DNA of 64,000 bases. It comes from Gammaproteobacteria bacterium (GTDB lineage: Bacteria > Pseudomonadota > Gammaproteobacteria > Ga0077536). The DNA is taken from contig JACPPA010000021.1 in NCBI GenBank assembly GCA_016191285.1, positions 14,473 through 78,472 on the forward strand. Reading direction: 5' to 3'. The notes under the pieces were generated by a model, which made no database searches, was not told the origin of the DNA, and saw only the letters and a list, made by a program, of their open reading frames with translations. The translations under genes and the position numbers were made by a program. This document shows, piece after piece, positions 32,693-42,116 of this stretch (its first letter is position 1; every line of letters starts with the position of its first letter).

Positions 32693-33523
32693 ATGAGCTA
32701 TGTCGACGCCATCGATAAAGTCGCCGTGCCTAAACCCGCCCGGTTCTACACGTCGCCGCAATTCGCGCACGTATTCGGTGTACCCATGGCCTATCGGCGT
32801 CAGGGCAACGGCGAAGCCGTGGTGCTATTCCACGGCGCCGGCTTCACGCGGAGGTGGATCCCGTTGTATGAAATGCTTGCGAAAAGCGTCGATTTCATCG
32901 CCCCCGAAGCCCCCGGTTTCGGCGAAACGCCGCTGCCGAAATGGTTTAAGAATTTCGACGATCTAACCATTCTCTACGATCAATTTTTTGAAACGCTCGG
33001 CGTCGATAAAATCCACTTAATTGGCTTTTCGATGGGTGGCTGGGCGGCGTCCGAGTTCGCCGCTTTCTATCCCCGACGCTTAAAGAGTTTGAGTTTGATA
33101 ACACCGGTGGGATTGCGGCTGGAGGACAACCCGGGGGTTGATATCTTCCAGCTCTCACCCGTTGAACTGTTGGACCGGTTGTTCAAGGACAAGCGCGTGA
33201 TGCAGGAATTCCTGATCGATCCCGAAGACTTCGAAGAGGGGATCCATCTTTATTCGGAATTCAGCGCGGCCGCGCGTTTGATGTGGGCCCCGCGCTATAA
33301 CCTGGCGCTCGAACGCCGCTTGCAACGTCTGACTTGTCCGACCTTGGTGGTAGGTGCTGAAGACGACCAATTGGTTCCGAATGCGATGTCGGATCGCTTC
33401 GCTGCGGTGCTTCCGAATAGCCGCCTGGTCAGGATCCCGGGGACTGGGCACGAACCGTGTTTGGAACGGCCACGAGCACTCGCGGACGTGTTATTGAGCT
33501 TTATCGCGGAGGCCGCCCGATGA
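32693..33523 (+). CDS. Alpha/beta hydrolase fold protein
   Basis: GFSMGGW nucleophile elbow, HG box (VVLFHGAGF). Stop overlaps the start of the downstream LLM gene (ATGA). Confidence 0.8.
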   Translation: MSYVDAIDKVAVPKPARFYTSPQFAHVFGVPMAYRRQGNGEAVVLFHGAGFTRRWIPLYEMLAKSVDFIAPEAPGFGETPLPKWFKNFDDLTILYDQFFETLGVDKIHLIGFSMGGWAASEFAAFYPRRLKSLSLITPVGLRLEDNPGVDIFQLSPVELLDRLFKDKRVMQEFLIDPEDFEEGIHLYSEFSAAARLMWAPRYNLALERRLQRLTCPTLVVGAEDDQLVPNAMSDRFAAVLPNSRLVRIPGTGHEPCLERPRALADVLLSFIAEAAR

Positions 33524-34869
33524 ACCAACTTCGATTTTATTTTTTCCACCTTATGCCGTATCCGTATATTCCGCCGACGGCGGAATTTGCCTCGACGTGG
33601 GTTTCGCTGTCGAACAAATACTACGAACCGCAGCGCGGCCGGATTCTCTACAACGAATATATCGAGCAACTGGTCGCGGCCGAGAAATATGGCTTCGACG
33701 GCGTCGGCGTCAATGAGCATCACGCCAATTTCTACGGCACGATGCCGTCACCCAACATCATCGCGGCGATGCTGGTGCAACGGACCACGCATATTCCGAT
33801 TGGCGTCATCGGCAATGCGATTCCACTCCACGGCAACCCGCTGCGCGTGGCCGAGGAAATCGCGATGTTGGACGTGATCTCGGGCGGCCGGATGATCTCG
33901 GGTTTTGTCCGGGGGATCGGCTGCGAATACTTCAATAACGGTGTGGCCCCAGGCGATTCGGTGGAGCGTTTTGATGAAGCGCACGATCTGATCATCAAGG
34001 CGTGGACCGTTGATGGTCCGTTCACCTGGCAGGGTGAACATTTCTACATTCCGAATGTGAATCCCATCCCCCGTCCGATTCAAACGCCGCATCCACCGGT
34101 TTGGATCCCGGGGCAGGGATCATTGGAGACCCTGCAATTCATCGCCAAACACCACTACACCTACATGATGGTGTTCGCACCGCAGTGGTTCACGAAGATG
34201 GCCTTTGACGGCTTGCGCGAAGAGTGCCTGCGGCTCGGTTACGAAGCGCCCAAAACCATGTTCAACGCGGTCGTCCCAACTTATGTCGCCGAGACCGATG
34301 CCCAGGCGCATCGCGAGGCGAAGGCGCACTTAAGCTGGGTTTTCAACACCGGGCTCAAGATCCCCGATCAACTTTTTTTCCCACCGGGCTACATGAGCAC
34401 GAAGTCGTTCCGGAATTTTATCGGTGCGCTGAAGAAGGGACGGGTCAAGGCGCAGGCGCAACTCACCTACGATGAAATGCTGAAAGATCGCTACCTCATT
34501 GTCGGCTCACCGGAGACCGTGAAAAATCAGTTGGGCGAATACTGTGAAGATGTCGGGGCGGGCGGAATACTTGCAGCTGGCGCCTCCTACGGGCCGATGC
34601 CGCATTGGATGGTGACCAAAAACATGCAGATCTTCTCGGAAGAAATCATGCCGGCCTTCCGCGATGCCGACGGCAAGCCTGACCATTTGCGCCACGAACC
34701 CCTGGCGCCGCGGACGCGCGCCGAGTTCGCCGCCCAACACGGCCGCCCGCCGGAGCCGGCGCGTTCATTGGTGACGGGATCGACGCAGCTGATCGATCAT
34801 CGCGTGGCGCATGTACCGGAGATCATCGATGCGAGTCTGCGCGGACATCCAGGGATCAAACTCGGATAA
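33520..34869 (+). CDS. LLM-class (luciferase-like) flavin-dependent monooxygenase, 449 aa
   Basis: VNEHH motif. Paralog of 11195-12520. Translationally coupled to the upstream hydrolase. Confidence 0.8.
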   Translation: MNQLRFYFFHLMPYPYIPPTAEFASTWVSLSNKYYEPQRGRILYNEYIEQLVAAEKYGFDGVGVNEHHANFYGTMPSPNIIAAMLVQRTTHIPIGVIGNAIPLHGNPLRVAEEIAMLDVISGGRMISGFVRGIGCEYFNNGVAPGDSVERFDEAHDLIIKAWTVDGPFTWQGEHFYIPNVNPIPRPIQTPHPPVWIPGQGSLETLQFIAKHHYTYMMVFAPQWFTKMAFDGLREECLRLGYEAPKTMFNAVVPTYVAETDAQAHREAKAHLSWVFNTGLKIPDQLFFPPGYMSTKSFRNFIGALKKGRVKAQAQLTYDEMLKDRYLIVGSPETVKNQLGEYCEDVGAGGILAAGASYGPMPHWMVTKNMQIFSEEIMPAFRDADGKPDHLRHEPLAPRTRAEFAAQHGRPPEPARSLVTGSTQLIDHRVAHVPEIIDASLRGHPGIKLG

Positions 34870-34888
34870 AAATTACGAGGGAAACTCG

Positions 34889-35440
34889 ATGAAACAGAGA
34901 ACCTCCCACGCGCCTAAGGCCGCAGCCGAAACTCCCGTGGTCGATCACCTACGGTTTCATCGTCGTCATGCGCATCTTGGCAGCGCCTTTGGCACCGATC
35001 GATTCGCGCTCAAGGCCGAAGCGTTCGCGCGCTTTTTCGGGACACCCATTTTTCTGGGCGCGCAAACCGTCATCGTCGCCATTTGGATCGGAGTGAACGT
35101 CCTTGGGATCACCAAATTCGATGTCTACCCGTTTATTCTTCTTAATCTGGCGTTCAGTCTGCAGGCGGCTTATGCCGCGCCGCTCATCTTGCTCGCGCAA
35201 ACCCGGCAGGCCGCGCGGGACAAGGCGCACGCTGAAGCCGATGCGGAACATCGCGAGGCGTTGGCAGTTGCGAACGAACAACGCCTGGTAACTGCCGCGC
35301 AAAACACTGCGCAATTGCTCGAGTTATTGCAGCAAAACACCCAGTTGACCGAGCTAACCAAACAGCTAACGGAGCGCATCGAGACGTTGACCGTTGAGAT
35401 GCATCGACGCTTTGTGCGCGGCGAAGCCAAGGCTTCATAG
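34889..35440 (+). CDS. DUF1003-family membrane protein
   Basis: FGTPIFLGAQTVIVAIWIGVNVL...YPFILLNLAFSLQAAYAAPLILLAQTRQAARD, then a coiled-coil tail. GAGGG RBS. Confidence 0.6.
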   Translation: MKQRTSHAPKAAAETPVVDHLRFHRRHAHLGSAFGTDRFALKAEAFARFFGTPIFLGAQTVIVAIWIGVNVLGITKFDVYPFILLNLAFSLQAAYAAPLILLAQTRQAARDKAHAEADAEHREALAVANEQRLVTAAQNTAQLLELLQQNTQLTELTKQLTERIETLTVEMHRRFVRGEAKAS

Positions 35441-35499
35441 GTTATGAGTGCTGTCCCCGTTGAACTTGCACAGGACACGCGCTGCTGGCGGCGCTTGGT

Positions 35500-35625
35500 G
35501 GAAGCCGCCTTGTGGGAGCTGCCTTGTGGGAGCTGCCTTGTGGGAGCCGCTTTAGCGGCGAATCTTTTTTGACGACTGATGTGATCCGCCATTTCGCCGC
35601 TAAAGCGGCTCCCACCATAGCAATG
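35500..35625. repeat. REP-like cluster: three tandem half-sites (gtgggagctgccttgtgggagctgccttgtgggagccgctttagcggcgaa) plus the inverted partner
   Basis: Direct reading of the sequence. Same family as 23991-24060. Confidence 0.7.
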
Positions 35626-35685
35626 CGCCGCTATATGAAAGTTCATGGCGGCAGAGCACACCAGAAGCATTTTGCGATGACTCCT

Positions 35686-36816
35686 TTAGTCGAGTAACTC
35701 CGCCAAGACCGCGAGCCCTTTGTCGGCTTCCGCCGCAGTCGCATGACTGAAATTTAGGCGGACGGTGCCGAGTCCGTCTTCGGGTCGTACAAAGAAGGCT
35801 TCGCCGGGCATGAAGGCGACCCCACGCGCGATCGCTTGCGGTAACCGGGTGCGCGTATCGAGTGCAGCGTTAAGGGTTAGCCAAAAGAAGAGCCCGCCGG
35901 GCGGCGTCGACCAGCGTGCCACACCATCGAAATGACGCGCTAAACTTTGCGCGAACGCATCGCGCTTGGCGCGATAGGTCGCGGCCAATCGCGCCAGCCG
36001 TTGGTGCCGTGCCGGCTCCTCGAGGAATTGCAGACAGAGCCACTGACTCACGCGATTGCTATGCAGATCGGCAGCTTGTTTGAGGCGCGTTAGCAGCGGC
36101 ACCAGTGCAGGCGATGCCGCGAGATAGCCAAGGCGGAGTCCCGGCGCGAAGCTTTTCGAAAAGGAGCCTTGATAAATCCAGGGTGCGCGTTCGAGTTGGC
36201 TGCAGATCGGTTGACGGTCGCAGGCTTCGTAAACCAGGTCGCGATAGGGATCGTCTTCGAACAACGGCACTTCGAGCGTATCGCACTGGGCGGCGAGCGC
36301 ACCGCGCGCCGCGGCCGAATAGCAGTGGCCGGTTGGATTTTGAAAGGTTGGGATGGCATACGCCAGGGCTGGGCGCTGGTCCTGATCGAGCCAGTGATGC
36401 GCGTCCATGCCGACCAACCGCGCGCCGAAATATCGAAACACTTGGAGTGCCGCGAGATAAGTTGGCGACTCCACGGCGACGCGCGTGCCTTCATCGATAA
36501 ATAACTTAGCGACTAGATCGATCCCTTGCTGCGACCCCGACAAGATCAACACCTGTTCCGCCGTGCAGCGCAATCCGAGCGCGGTTAGATCGGTTGCGAC
36601 CCGGTCGCGCAATGCCGGTTCGCCTTCCGTCGGCCCGTACTGCAAGAGTCCGCTAGGGACATTACCGGAGCTAAGTGGCGGAAAGGCTTCCGCGGCCGGC
36701 AAGCCACCGGCAAACGAAATCATGCCCGGCCGATCGATCACCGCCAGGATCTCGCGAATGGGGGAAGCGTGAAGATCGCGGGTTCGTCGCGACAGTTGTA
36801 GAGCGGTCATAGCCAC
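35686..36816 (-). CDS. PLP-dependent aminotransferase (class I/II fold)
   Basis: Aminotransferase blocks (LAVIDRPGMISFAGGLP, YGPTEGEPALR, QNPTGHCYS). About 376 aa. Confidence 0.7.
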   Translation of the reverse strand: MAMTALQLSRRTRDLHASPIREILAVIDRPGMISFAGGLPAAEAFPPLSSGNVPSGLLQYGPTEGEPALRDRVATDLTALGLRCTAEQVLILSGSQQGIDLVAKLFIDEGTRVAVESPTYLAALQVFRYFGARLVGMDAHHWLDQDQRPALAYAIPTFQNPTGHCYSAAARGALAAQCDTLEVPLFEDDPYRDLVYEACDRQPICSQLERAPWIYQGSFSKSFAPGLRLGYLAASPALVPLLTRLKQAADLHSNRVSQWLCLQFLEEPARHQRLARLAATYRAKRDAFAQSLARHFDGVARWSTPPGGLFFWLTLNAALDTRTRLPQAIARGVAFMPGEAFFVRPEDGLGTVRLNFSHATAAEADKGLAVLAELLD

Positions 36817-36878
36817 CTGCCAAAAGGCAATATACTTGTCCTATAGGCAAGATAATGGGTTCCTTTTAATACGTCAAT

Positions 36879-37313
36879 ATGCCTGACCTTAATCGACAAG
36901 CCGAATTGCGCACGGCGATTGAACTGCTGTATTTCGGGTATCGCGCCTTTACCACCCACCCGGATCGCATTCTGGAGCAGCGCGGCTTAAGCCGCGTCCA
37001 CCACCGCATTCTTTATTTTGTGGCGCGTAACCCGGAAATTGCGATCAACGCGTTGCTAAAAATCTTAGGCGTGACCAAGCAATCGCTGAACGCTCCGCTG
37101 CGCCAGTTGCAGCAAATGAAATTGGTGACGGTGCGTGCGCCCGAGCACGATGGACGGATCAAGCAGCTCGGTCTGACTGCGGATGGTGAGAAGCTGGAAC
37201 AGCAGTTAACCGGCACCCAAGTGAAACAACTTGACGCGATATTGCGCGCGGCGGGGCCGCGGGCCGAGGCGGGATGGCGGACCGTGATGGACGCGCTGGC
37301 CGGTCGTGAGTGA
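36879..37313 (+). CDS. MarR-family transcriptional regulator
   Basis: Winged-helix block HHRILYFVARNPEIAINALLKILGVTKQSLNAPLRQL. Divergent from the aminotransferase. Confidence 0.75.
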   Translation: MPDLNRQAELRTAIELLYFGYRAFTTHPDRILEQRGLSRVHHRILYFVARNPEIAINALLKILGVTKQSLNAPLRQLQQMKLVTVRAPEHDGRIKQLGLTADGEKLEQQLTGTQVKQLDAILRAAGPRAEAGWRTVMDALAGRE

Positions 37314-37321
37314 GACTCTTG

Positions 37322-37392
37322 GCATTTTGTGGGAGCCGCTTTAGCGGCGAATGGGGCATTTCCAGAGAATTCGCCGCTAAAGCGGCTCCCAC
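37322..37392. repeat. REP-like hairpin
   Basis: gtgggagccgctttagcggcgaa ... ttcgccgctaaagcggctcccac. Confidence 0.7.
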
Positions 37393-37404
37393 ACCAAGCG
37401 ATCC

Positions 37405-37851
37405 CTACTCGGCGAGAGCAGCCCACTCCGTCATTCGCGTTTGCGACCGCTGCACGGCTTCGGCCGAAAACACGTCGGGATGGCGCAAGATCACTGCCTC
37501 AAGCGCAAATTCCTGAAGCCCGATGGCGAGCAGCGCCGGATATTCAACCTCGGTGGCGCTGTTCATGGCGCGCTCCGCCGCCGGCACGATCCCTAAGCGT
37601 CGAATGGCCTGCCAGCTTCGCGAGCGTTTTCTCTTTAGGCGGTTATTGAGTGTTAGCACCTCTTCTTGGGCAAATACCGCTTGAATGCATTCCTTTTCGG
37701 CTTGTGACGTACTGCCATACGCTTCCGCCCGCAACTCAACGGCGCGGATCCGCGCTTTGAGCGCGAGGTCCAGACGATTGAGGCGAACTGCGTTCTTGAC
37801 GAATCTCTCGCAACCTTCCGGCGTTGCTAATCGGGCAATACGTTCATCCAT
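37405..37851 (-). CDS. Hypothetical protein (148 aa)
   Basis: Clean ORF between the REP hairpin and the Crp-family regulator. No recognisable family. Confidence 0.4.
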   Translation of the reverse strand: MDERIARLATPEGCERFVKNAVRLNRLDLALKARIRAVELRAEAYGSTSQAEKECIQAVFAQEEVLTLNNRLKRKRSRSWQAIRRLGIVPAAERAMNSATEVEYPALLAIGLQEFALEAVILRHPDVFSAEAVQRSQTRMTEWAALAE

Positions 37852-38079
37852 GGCGTTCCTGACAATTCTTAGGGTTAGTTAGCAGAAGGAAGGCTGTCCA
37901 AGCGCATGCGCGAGACATTGCGCGTAGCATAAGCGCCATCTTTAGACGTGTCTGTGCGCTAGCGTACGCAAGAGGTCACTCAGCCGCGATGGGGTGTTGG
38001 ACCCAGCACCGGCCCCGCAATCTTCGCGCTAAGGTCCCGAGAGATCGAGCGCTTTGCAAAAATTATTTAGGAGATAGGC

Positions 38080-38802
38080 ATGGCCTTAGGTAACTCGCGA
38101 CAAAATCGCTTGCTTGCGGCGTTGCCCGACGCCGATTGGGCGCGCTGGCGCCCTGAGTTCGAACTGGTCGAGATGCCGCTCGGCGCGGTGCTCTACGAAT
38201 CCGGCAGCAAGTTGACCCACGTATATTTTCCGACGACCTCCATCGTCTCCTTATTGTACGTGCTGGAAAACGGCGCTTCGGCCGAGATCGCGGTCGTCGG
38301 CTGTGAAGGCATCGTCGGGGTGTCCTTATTCATGGGCGGCGAATCGACGCCGAGCCGTGCGATCGTCCAAAGTGCGGGTATGGGTTATCGCTTGAATGCG
38401 AGGCTACTGCTCCTGGAATTCAACCGCGCCGGTCCGGTGCTGCACCTCTTGCTACGGTATACCCAAGCGCTGATCACGCAGATGGCGCAGACCGCGGTCT
38501 GTAATCGGCATCATTCGCTCGATCAACAACTCTGCCGTTGGCTGTTGCTAAGCCTCGATCGGCTAAATTCCAATAAACTCGTCGTGACGCAAGAACTCAT
38601 CGCGACTCAGCTCGGCGTACGTCGCGGCGGGGTCACCGAAGCCGCCGGCCGCTTGCAAGCGGCCGGATTGATCCGCTACCGCCGTGGCCACATCACGGTG
38701 CTCGACCGGCCCCAACTCGAAACGCGCACGTGTGAGTGTTATGCGGTGGTTAAGAAGGAATACGACCGCCTACTTCCAGCACCCAGCAGTGACGCCGTAT
38801 AG
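38080..38802 (+). CDS. Crp/Fnr-family transcriptional regulator (cNMP-binding domain plus HTH)
   Basis: Beta-roll cNMP domain and C-terminal HTH (VVTQELIATQLGVRRGGVTEAAGRLQAAGLIRY). Confidence 0.8.
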   Translation: MALGNSRQNRLLAALPDADWARWRPEFELVEMPLGAVLYESGSKLTHVYFPTTSIVSLLYVLENGASAEIAVVGCEGIVGVSLFMGGESTPSRAIVQSAGMGYRLNARLLLLEFNRAGPVLHLLLRYTQALITQMAQTAVCNRHHSLDQQLCRWLLLSLDRLNSNKLVVTQELIATQLGVRRGGVTEAAGRLQAAGLIRYRRGHITVLDRPQLETRTCECYAVVKKEYDRLLPAPSSDAV

Positions 38803-38843
38803 TCCAACCTCGGAATATCCCACGAACCATAGAAAGGAATGCC

Positions 38844-39752
38844 ATGGCCAGTCCACAAGCCGCCGCCATTGATCGCTTATTCGATAGTTTTGTCGCCGCA
38901 CTTGCGGCCAATCCCCAGATGGCGATCGAGGAATTGCGCGATCTGCTCGAGCAATGCGGGGATCTCGCGCGCGATCCGGGCGGGGTCGATTACCTCGAAA
39001 CCGACGCCAACGGCACGCCGTGTCTGTGGGCGGTGCCCAAAGGCTGTCGCGAAGATCGCGTACTACTCGCCCTGCACGGCGGCGGTTGCGTCACGGGTTC
39101 GCGCTTCTCGCATCGAAAAGTATTCGCGCATATCGCCAAGGCCGTCGGTTGCCGCACGCTGATTGTCGACTACGATCGCGCACCCGAGAAACAGCATCCG
39201 TCGCAGGTCAACGAAGGTGTCAAGGTGTATGAATGGTTACTGGGCCAGGGCATCAAGCCCGCGCACATCGCGACCGTCGGCGATTCGGCGGGCGGCAATT
39301 TGTGTACGACGGTGGTACTCGGCATCCGCGATAAAAATTTGCCACTGCCTGCCGCCGTGATGCCGCTCTCGCCGTGGTACGACATGGAAGCCACGGCCGG
39401 TACCTTCGTGACGAATGCCAAAGTCGATCGACTGATTTCACGCGAGATGTCGCTCAACATGTCGCAGCTATTTTTGGGCGCCGCCTCGCCCCAGGATCCG
39501 CTGGCGAATCCGCTCTACGCCGATCTCAAAGGGTATCCACCGACCTATATTCAAGTTGGCGGCTTCGAAGCCATTCTCGACGATTCGTTGCGGTTCGCGG
39601 AGCGCGCCAAAGCTGCGGGAGTCGACTGCCGCTGCGAGGTGTTCCCGGAAATGCAGCACGTATTTCAATTCATGGCCGGTAGAGCGCCGGAAGCGGATGA
39701 CGCCATTCAAAAACTAGCGGCGTGGGTGAAACCGAAACTCGGGATTGCGTGA
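38844..39752 (+). CDS. Alpha/beta hydrolase-3 esterase/lipase (hormone-sensitive lipase family)
   Basis: HGGG oxyanion motif (ALHGGGCV) and GDSAGGNL catalytic serine pentapeptide. Confidence 0.85.
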   Translation: MASPQAAAIDRLFDSFVAALAANPQMAIEELRDLLEQCGDLARDPGGVDYLETDANGTPCLWAVPKGCREDRVLLALHGGGCVTGSRFSHRKVFAHIAKAVGCRTLIVDYDRAPEKQHPSQVNEGVKVYEWLLGQGIKPAHIATVGDSAGGNLCTTVVLGIRDKNLPLPAAVMPLSPWYDMEATAGTFVTNAKVDRLISREMSLNMSQLFLGAASPQDPLANPLYADLKGYPPTYIQVGGFEAILDDSLRFAERAKAAGVDCRCEVFPEMQHVFQFMAGRAPEADDAIQKLAAWVKPKLGIA

Positions 39753-39758
39753 TACTTT

Positions 39759-41444
39759 TTAAACCCGCTCCTTCAAGCCACTGGTTAAGCGGGCCAGCGC
39801 GGGGCTGATGTCCGCTTGATCGAGGTGGACATTGAGGATGCTGAAGGAATCCGTATTGGCGAGCGCCGCGGTCAGGGCATTTTCAAGGTCGCCTTCGGTC
39901 ACGACATCGAAGCCCAAGCCGGTCCCAAGCAATGCCGGTAAGCGATGATAATGCCATTCATGAATATCGTTGAAGGCGCCTTCCAACAGGAAGCGCTCGG
40001 TGGTGTAGCCGCGGTTGTTAAGGACGATGACAATCGGATTAAACCCCAACTTGGCCGCGGTGCTGAGTTCCTGCCCCGTCATTTGAAACGCCCCGTCGCC
40101 GACCAGCACTATCGGTCGCAACTCGCGCTTCGCGACTTGCACCGCCACCGCGGCCGGCACGGCAAACCCCATCGAAGTGTAATAGGCCGGCCCCAGGAAT
40201 TGAGTCTCGTGGTAGGTCACGAGATCCGACGCGCCGAACAACGCGTCGCCGACGTCGCACACCACGACCATGTTCGGATCGAGCAGTTCGTTTATCCGCT
40301 GGAACAGACGCCGGCTGGTCATGCGGGCGCCTGGGTCAGGCTGATAACGTTGCGGGCTCGGCGCGGACATCGGTGGAATGGTGCGCGTGGTGGTGTCGAA
40401 CGTGGCTGCCGCCAGACCCGCCATGAAGTCCGCGAACAGCACGTCATGAAAGTGATGATGATGGATGCGGAGCGCATCCAGGCTCGCGAAAATCCAGCGT
40501 TCCGGATTGAGCTTCGCGGTATAGATGCCAAGCTCCATGTCGGTCATGAAGGCGCCGAGCAAAATCAGGCAGTCGCTATTCTCGACATACTCACGCACGT
40601 TATCGCGGCCCATCGCCCCTTCGTAGACGCCGAGATAGAGCGGATGCTTTTCGCTGATCACCGATTTACTCAGGATGGTCGAGCAGATCGGGATCTGGTG
40701 CTTTTCGGCGAACGCCGTCATCACATCGCGCATGCCGCAGCGATGCACTTCGAGCCCGGCGAGGATGACGGGCTGGCGTGCCGTGGCGACCAACTTGATC
40801 GCTTCCTGCAAGGCTTCATCGAGCGCGCGCGGATCGCTCACCGGATGATGGACGCTGCGAATATGCGGATGGGTCCCTCGCGCGTCGAGCCGGTCGCGGG
40901 GAATTTCGATATACACCGGACGCTTGTGGGTGATCGCTAAATCAAGGCAGCGATCGATCTCGCGAAACGCCGTCAGGGGATCGTCGAGGACCACGGCAGC
41001 CACGGTGACTTTCTCGAACACATCGCGTTGCGTGGAGAACGCGCCCACGCGATGGTGGAGCAGAGGATTGCCAAGACGCTCCGCCATGCCGGGCGCCCCG
41101 CTGATGACAATGAGCGGACTCTTCTCGGCATACGCTCCGGCGACCGCGTTGACCAGACTCAAGCCACCGACGTTATACGTGACGCACACCGCACCCACGC
41201 CGTTCATTCGCGCATAGGCGTCCGCCGCATAGCCGGCATTGAGCTCGTTGCAGGTGCCGATGATACGAATGCGACTGGCTTCCAGGAGTCCATAAAAGCC
41301 GAGGATGAAATCGCCCGGAATGCCGAAGATATCGTTCACGCCGAGTGCGAGAAGCCGCTCAATAAGATAGGCGCCAATGCTATGGCGAGGGCTCCCCTGG
41401 GTGCCTACCGTGCTGTTAGCGGGTTGGTGCTTCGATGCCGTCAT
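39759..41444 (-). CDS. Thiamine-pyrophosphate-dependent alpha-keto acid decarboxylase (indolepyruvate/pyruvate decarboxylase family)
   Basis: N-terminal pyrimidine-binding domain ([15 protein letters not shown]...[17 protein letters not shown]) and a C-terminal TPP-binding region. About 561 aa. Confidence 0.75.
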   Translation of the reverse strand: MTASKHQPANSTVGTQGSPRHSIGAYLIERLLALGVNDIFGIPGDFILGFYGLLEASRIRIIGTCNELNAGYAADAYARMNGVGAVCVTYNVGGLSLVNAVAGAYAEKSPLIVISGAPGMAERLGNPLLHHRVGAFSTQRDVFEKVTVAAVVLDDPLTAFREIDRCLDLAITHKRPVYIEIPRDRLDARGTHPHIRSVHHPVSDPRALDEALQEAIKLVATARQPVILAGLEVHRCGMRDVMTAFAEKHQIPICSTILSKSVISEKHPLYLGVYEGAMGRDNVREYVENSDCLILLGAFMTDMELGIYTAKLNPERWIFASLDALRIHHHHFHDVLFADFMAGLAAATFDTTTRTIPPMSAPSPQRYQPDPGARMTSRRLFQRINELLDPNMVVVCDVGDALFGASDLVTYHETQFLGPAYYTSMGFAVPAAVAVQVAKRELRPIVLVGDGAFQMTGQELSTAAKLGFNPIVIVLNNRGYTTERFLLEGAFNDIHEWHYHRLPALLGTGLGFDVVTEGDLENALTAALANTDSFSILNVHLDQADISPALARLTSGLKERV

Positions 41445-41445
41445 T

Positions 41446-41874
41446 TTATTCAGCCTCAAGACGCCGGCGCAGTACCTTGGCGATCGCCTCGGCCGAGAAG
41501 CCGAGTTGCAGCAGCGCCGTACCCACATCGAAGACCTCCCGATACCGCGCGATTTTTCCGCCTTCGAGTTCGAAAAAGCTCATGCCACGGAAGCTCACAT
41601 GGCGTCCCGCGCTGCGCGGCACGGCGTCGGTCACCGTATAGCCGAAGGTCCATTCGGCCGCCGCGCGCTCGGGTGTTGCCACCACGGCGTCCATAACCCA
41701 CGTGTAGTCGCGCCCTTCGTGGAACATGCGTTCGAACATTGGGCGGAGTTGGGGGTGACCGATATGCTCGCCGAAAAAAGTGTCGGTATAGCTCGCGTCC
41801 GCGGTGAAGAGCGTCACGAGTCCGGGCACATCGCAGTGATTGAAGGCGGCTGCAAAGCGTTCAATGATGGTCAT
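41446..41874 (-). CDS. NTF2-like / SnoaL-like small protein
   Basis: [33 protein letters not shown]... Stop abuts the start of the TPP decarboxylase gene (operon). Confidence 0.6.
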   Translation of the reverse strand: MTIIERFAAAFNHCDVPGLVTLFTADASYTDTFFGEHIGHPQLRPMFERMFHEGRDYTWVMDAVVATPERAAAEWTFGYTVTDAVPRSAGRHVSFRGMSFFELEGGKIARYREVFDVGTALLQLGFSAEAIAKVLRRRLEAE

Positions 41875-42116
41875 ATCGAAACCTCAAGGAGAACACTAGG
41901 TTCAGGTGTGGAGTCGGCCCTTATCTAGCACATTAGTTAGGGCTTCGTACAGCTAGGTCAATTGTTCGCCCTTGCCTCGAATTTGGGTTGAAGTCTGTCG
42001 CGATTTGTCCGTACATTGCACTGTCCCGATCGTAAGGACACGAATCGCGATGCGCGCTTTGTGGTTGGCGCCGAGCAGCAACAATTAATGCCCTGTACTG
42101 ACGGAGTGATAAAGCA

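Noticed and set aside
35500-35560. Tandem gtgggagctgccttgtgggagctgccttgtgggagcc, considered as a possible mini CRISPR array
   Set aside because: Only three 18-nt units with no spacers of CRISPR length. It is a tandem duplication of the REP half-site, and the partner inverted repeat follows.
39945-40940. 331-aa plus-strand ORF
   Set aside because: Antisense to the TPP-dependent decarboxylase. Arg/His-rich with no domain signature.
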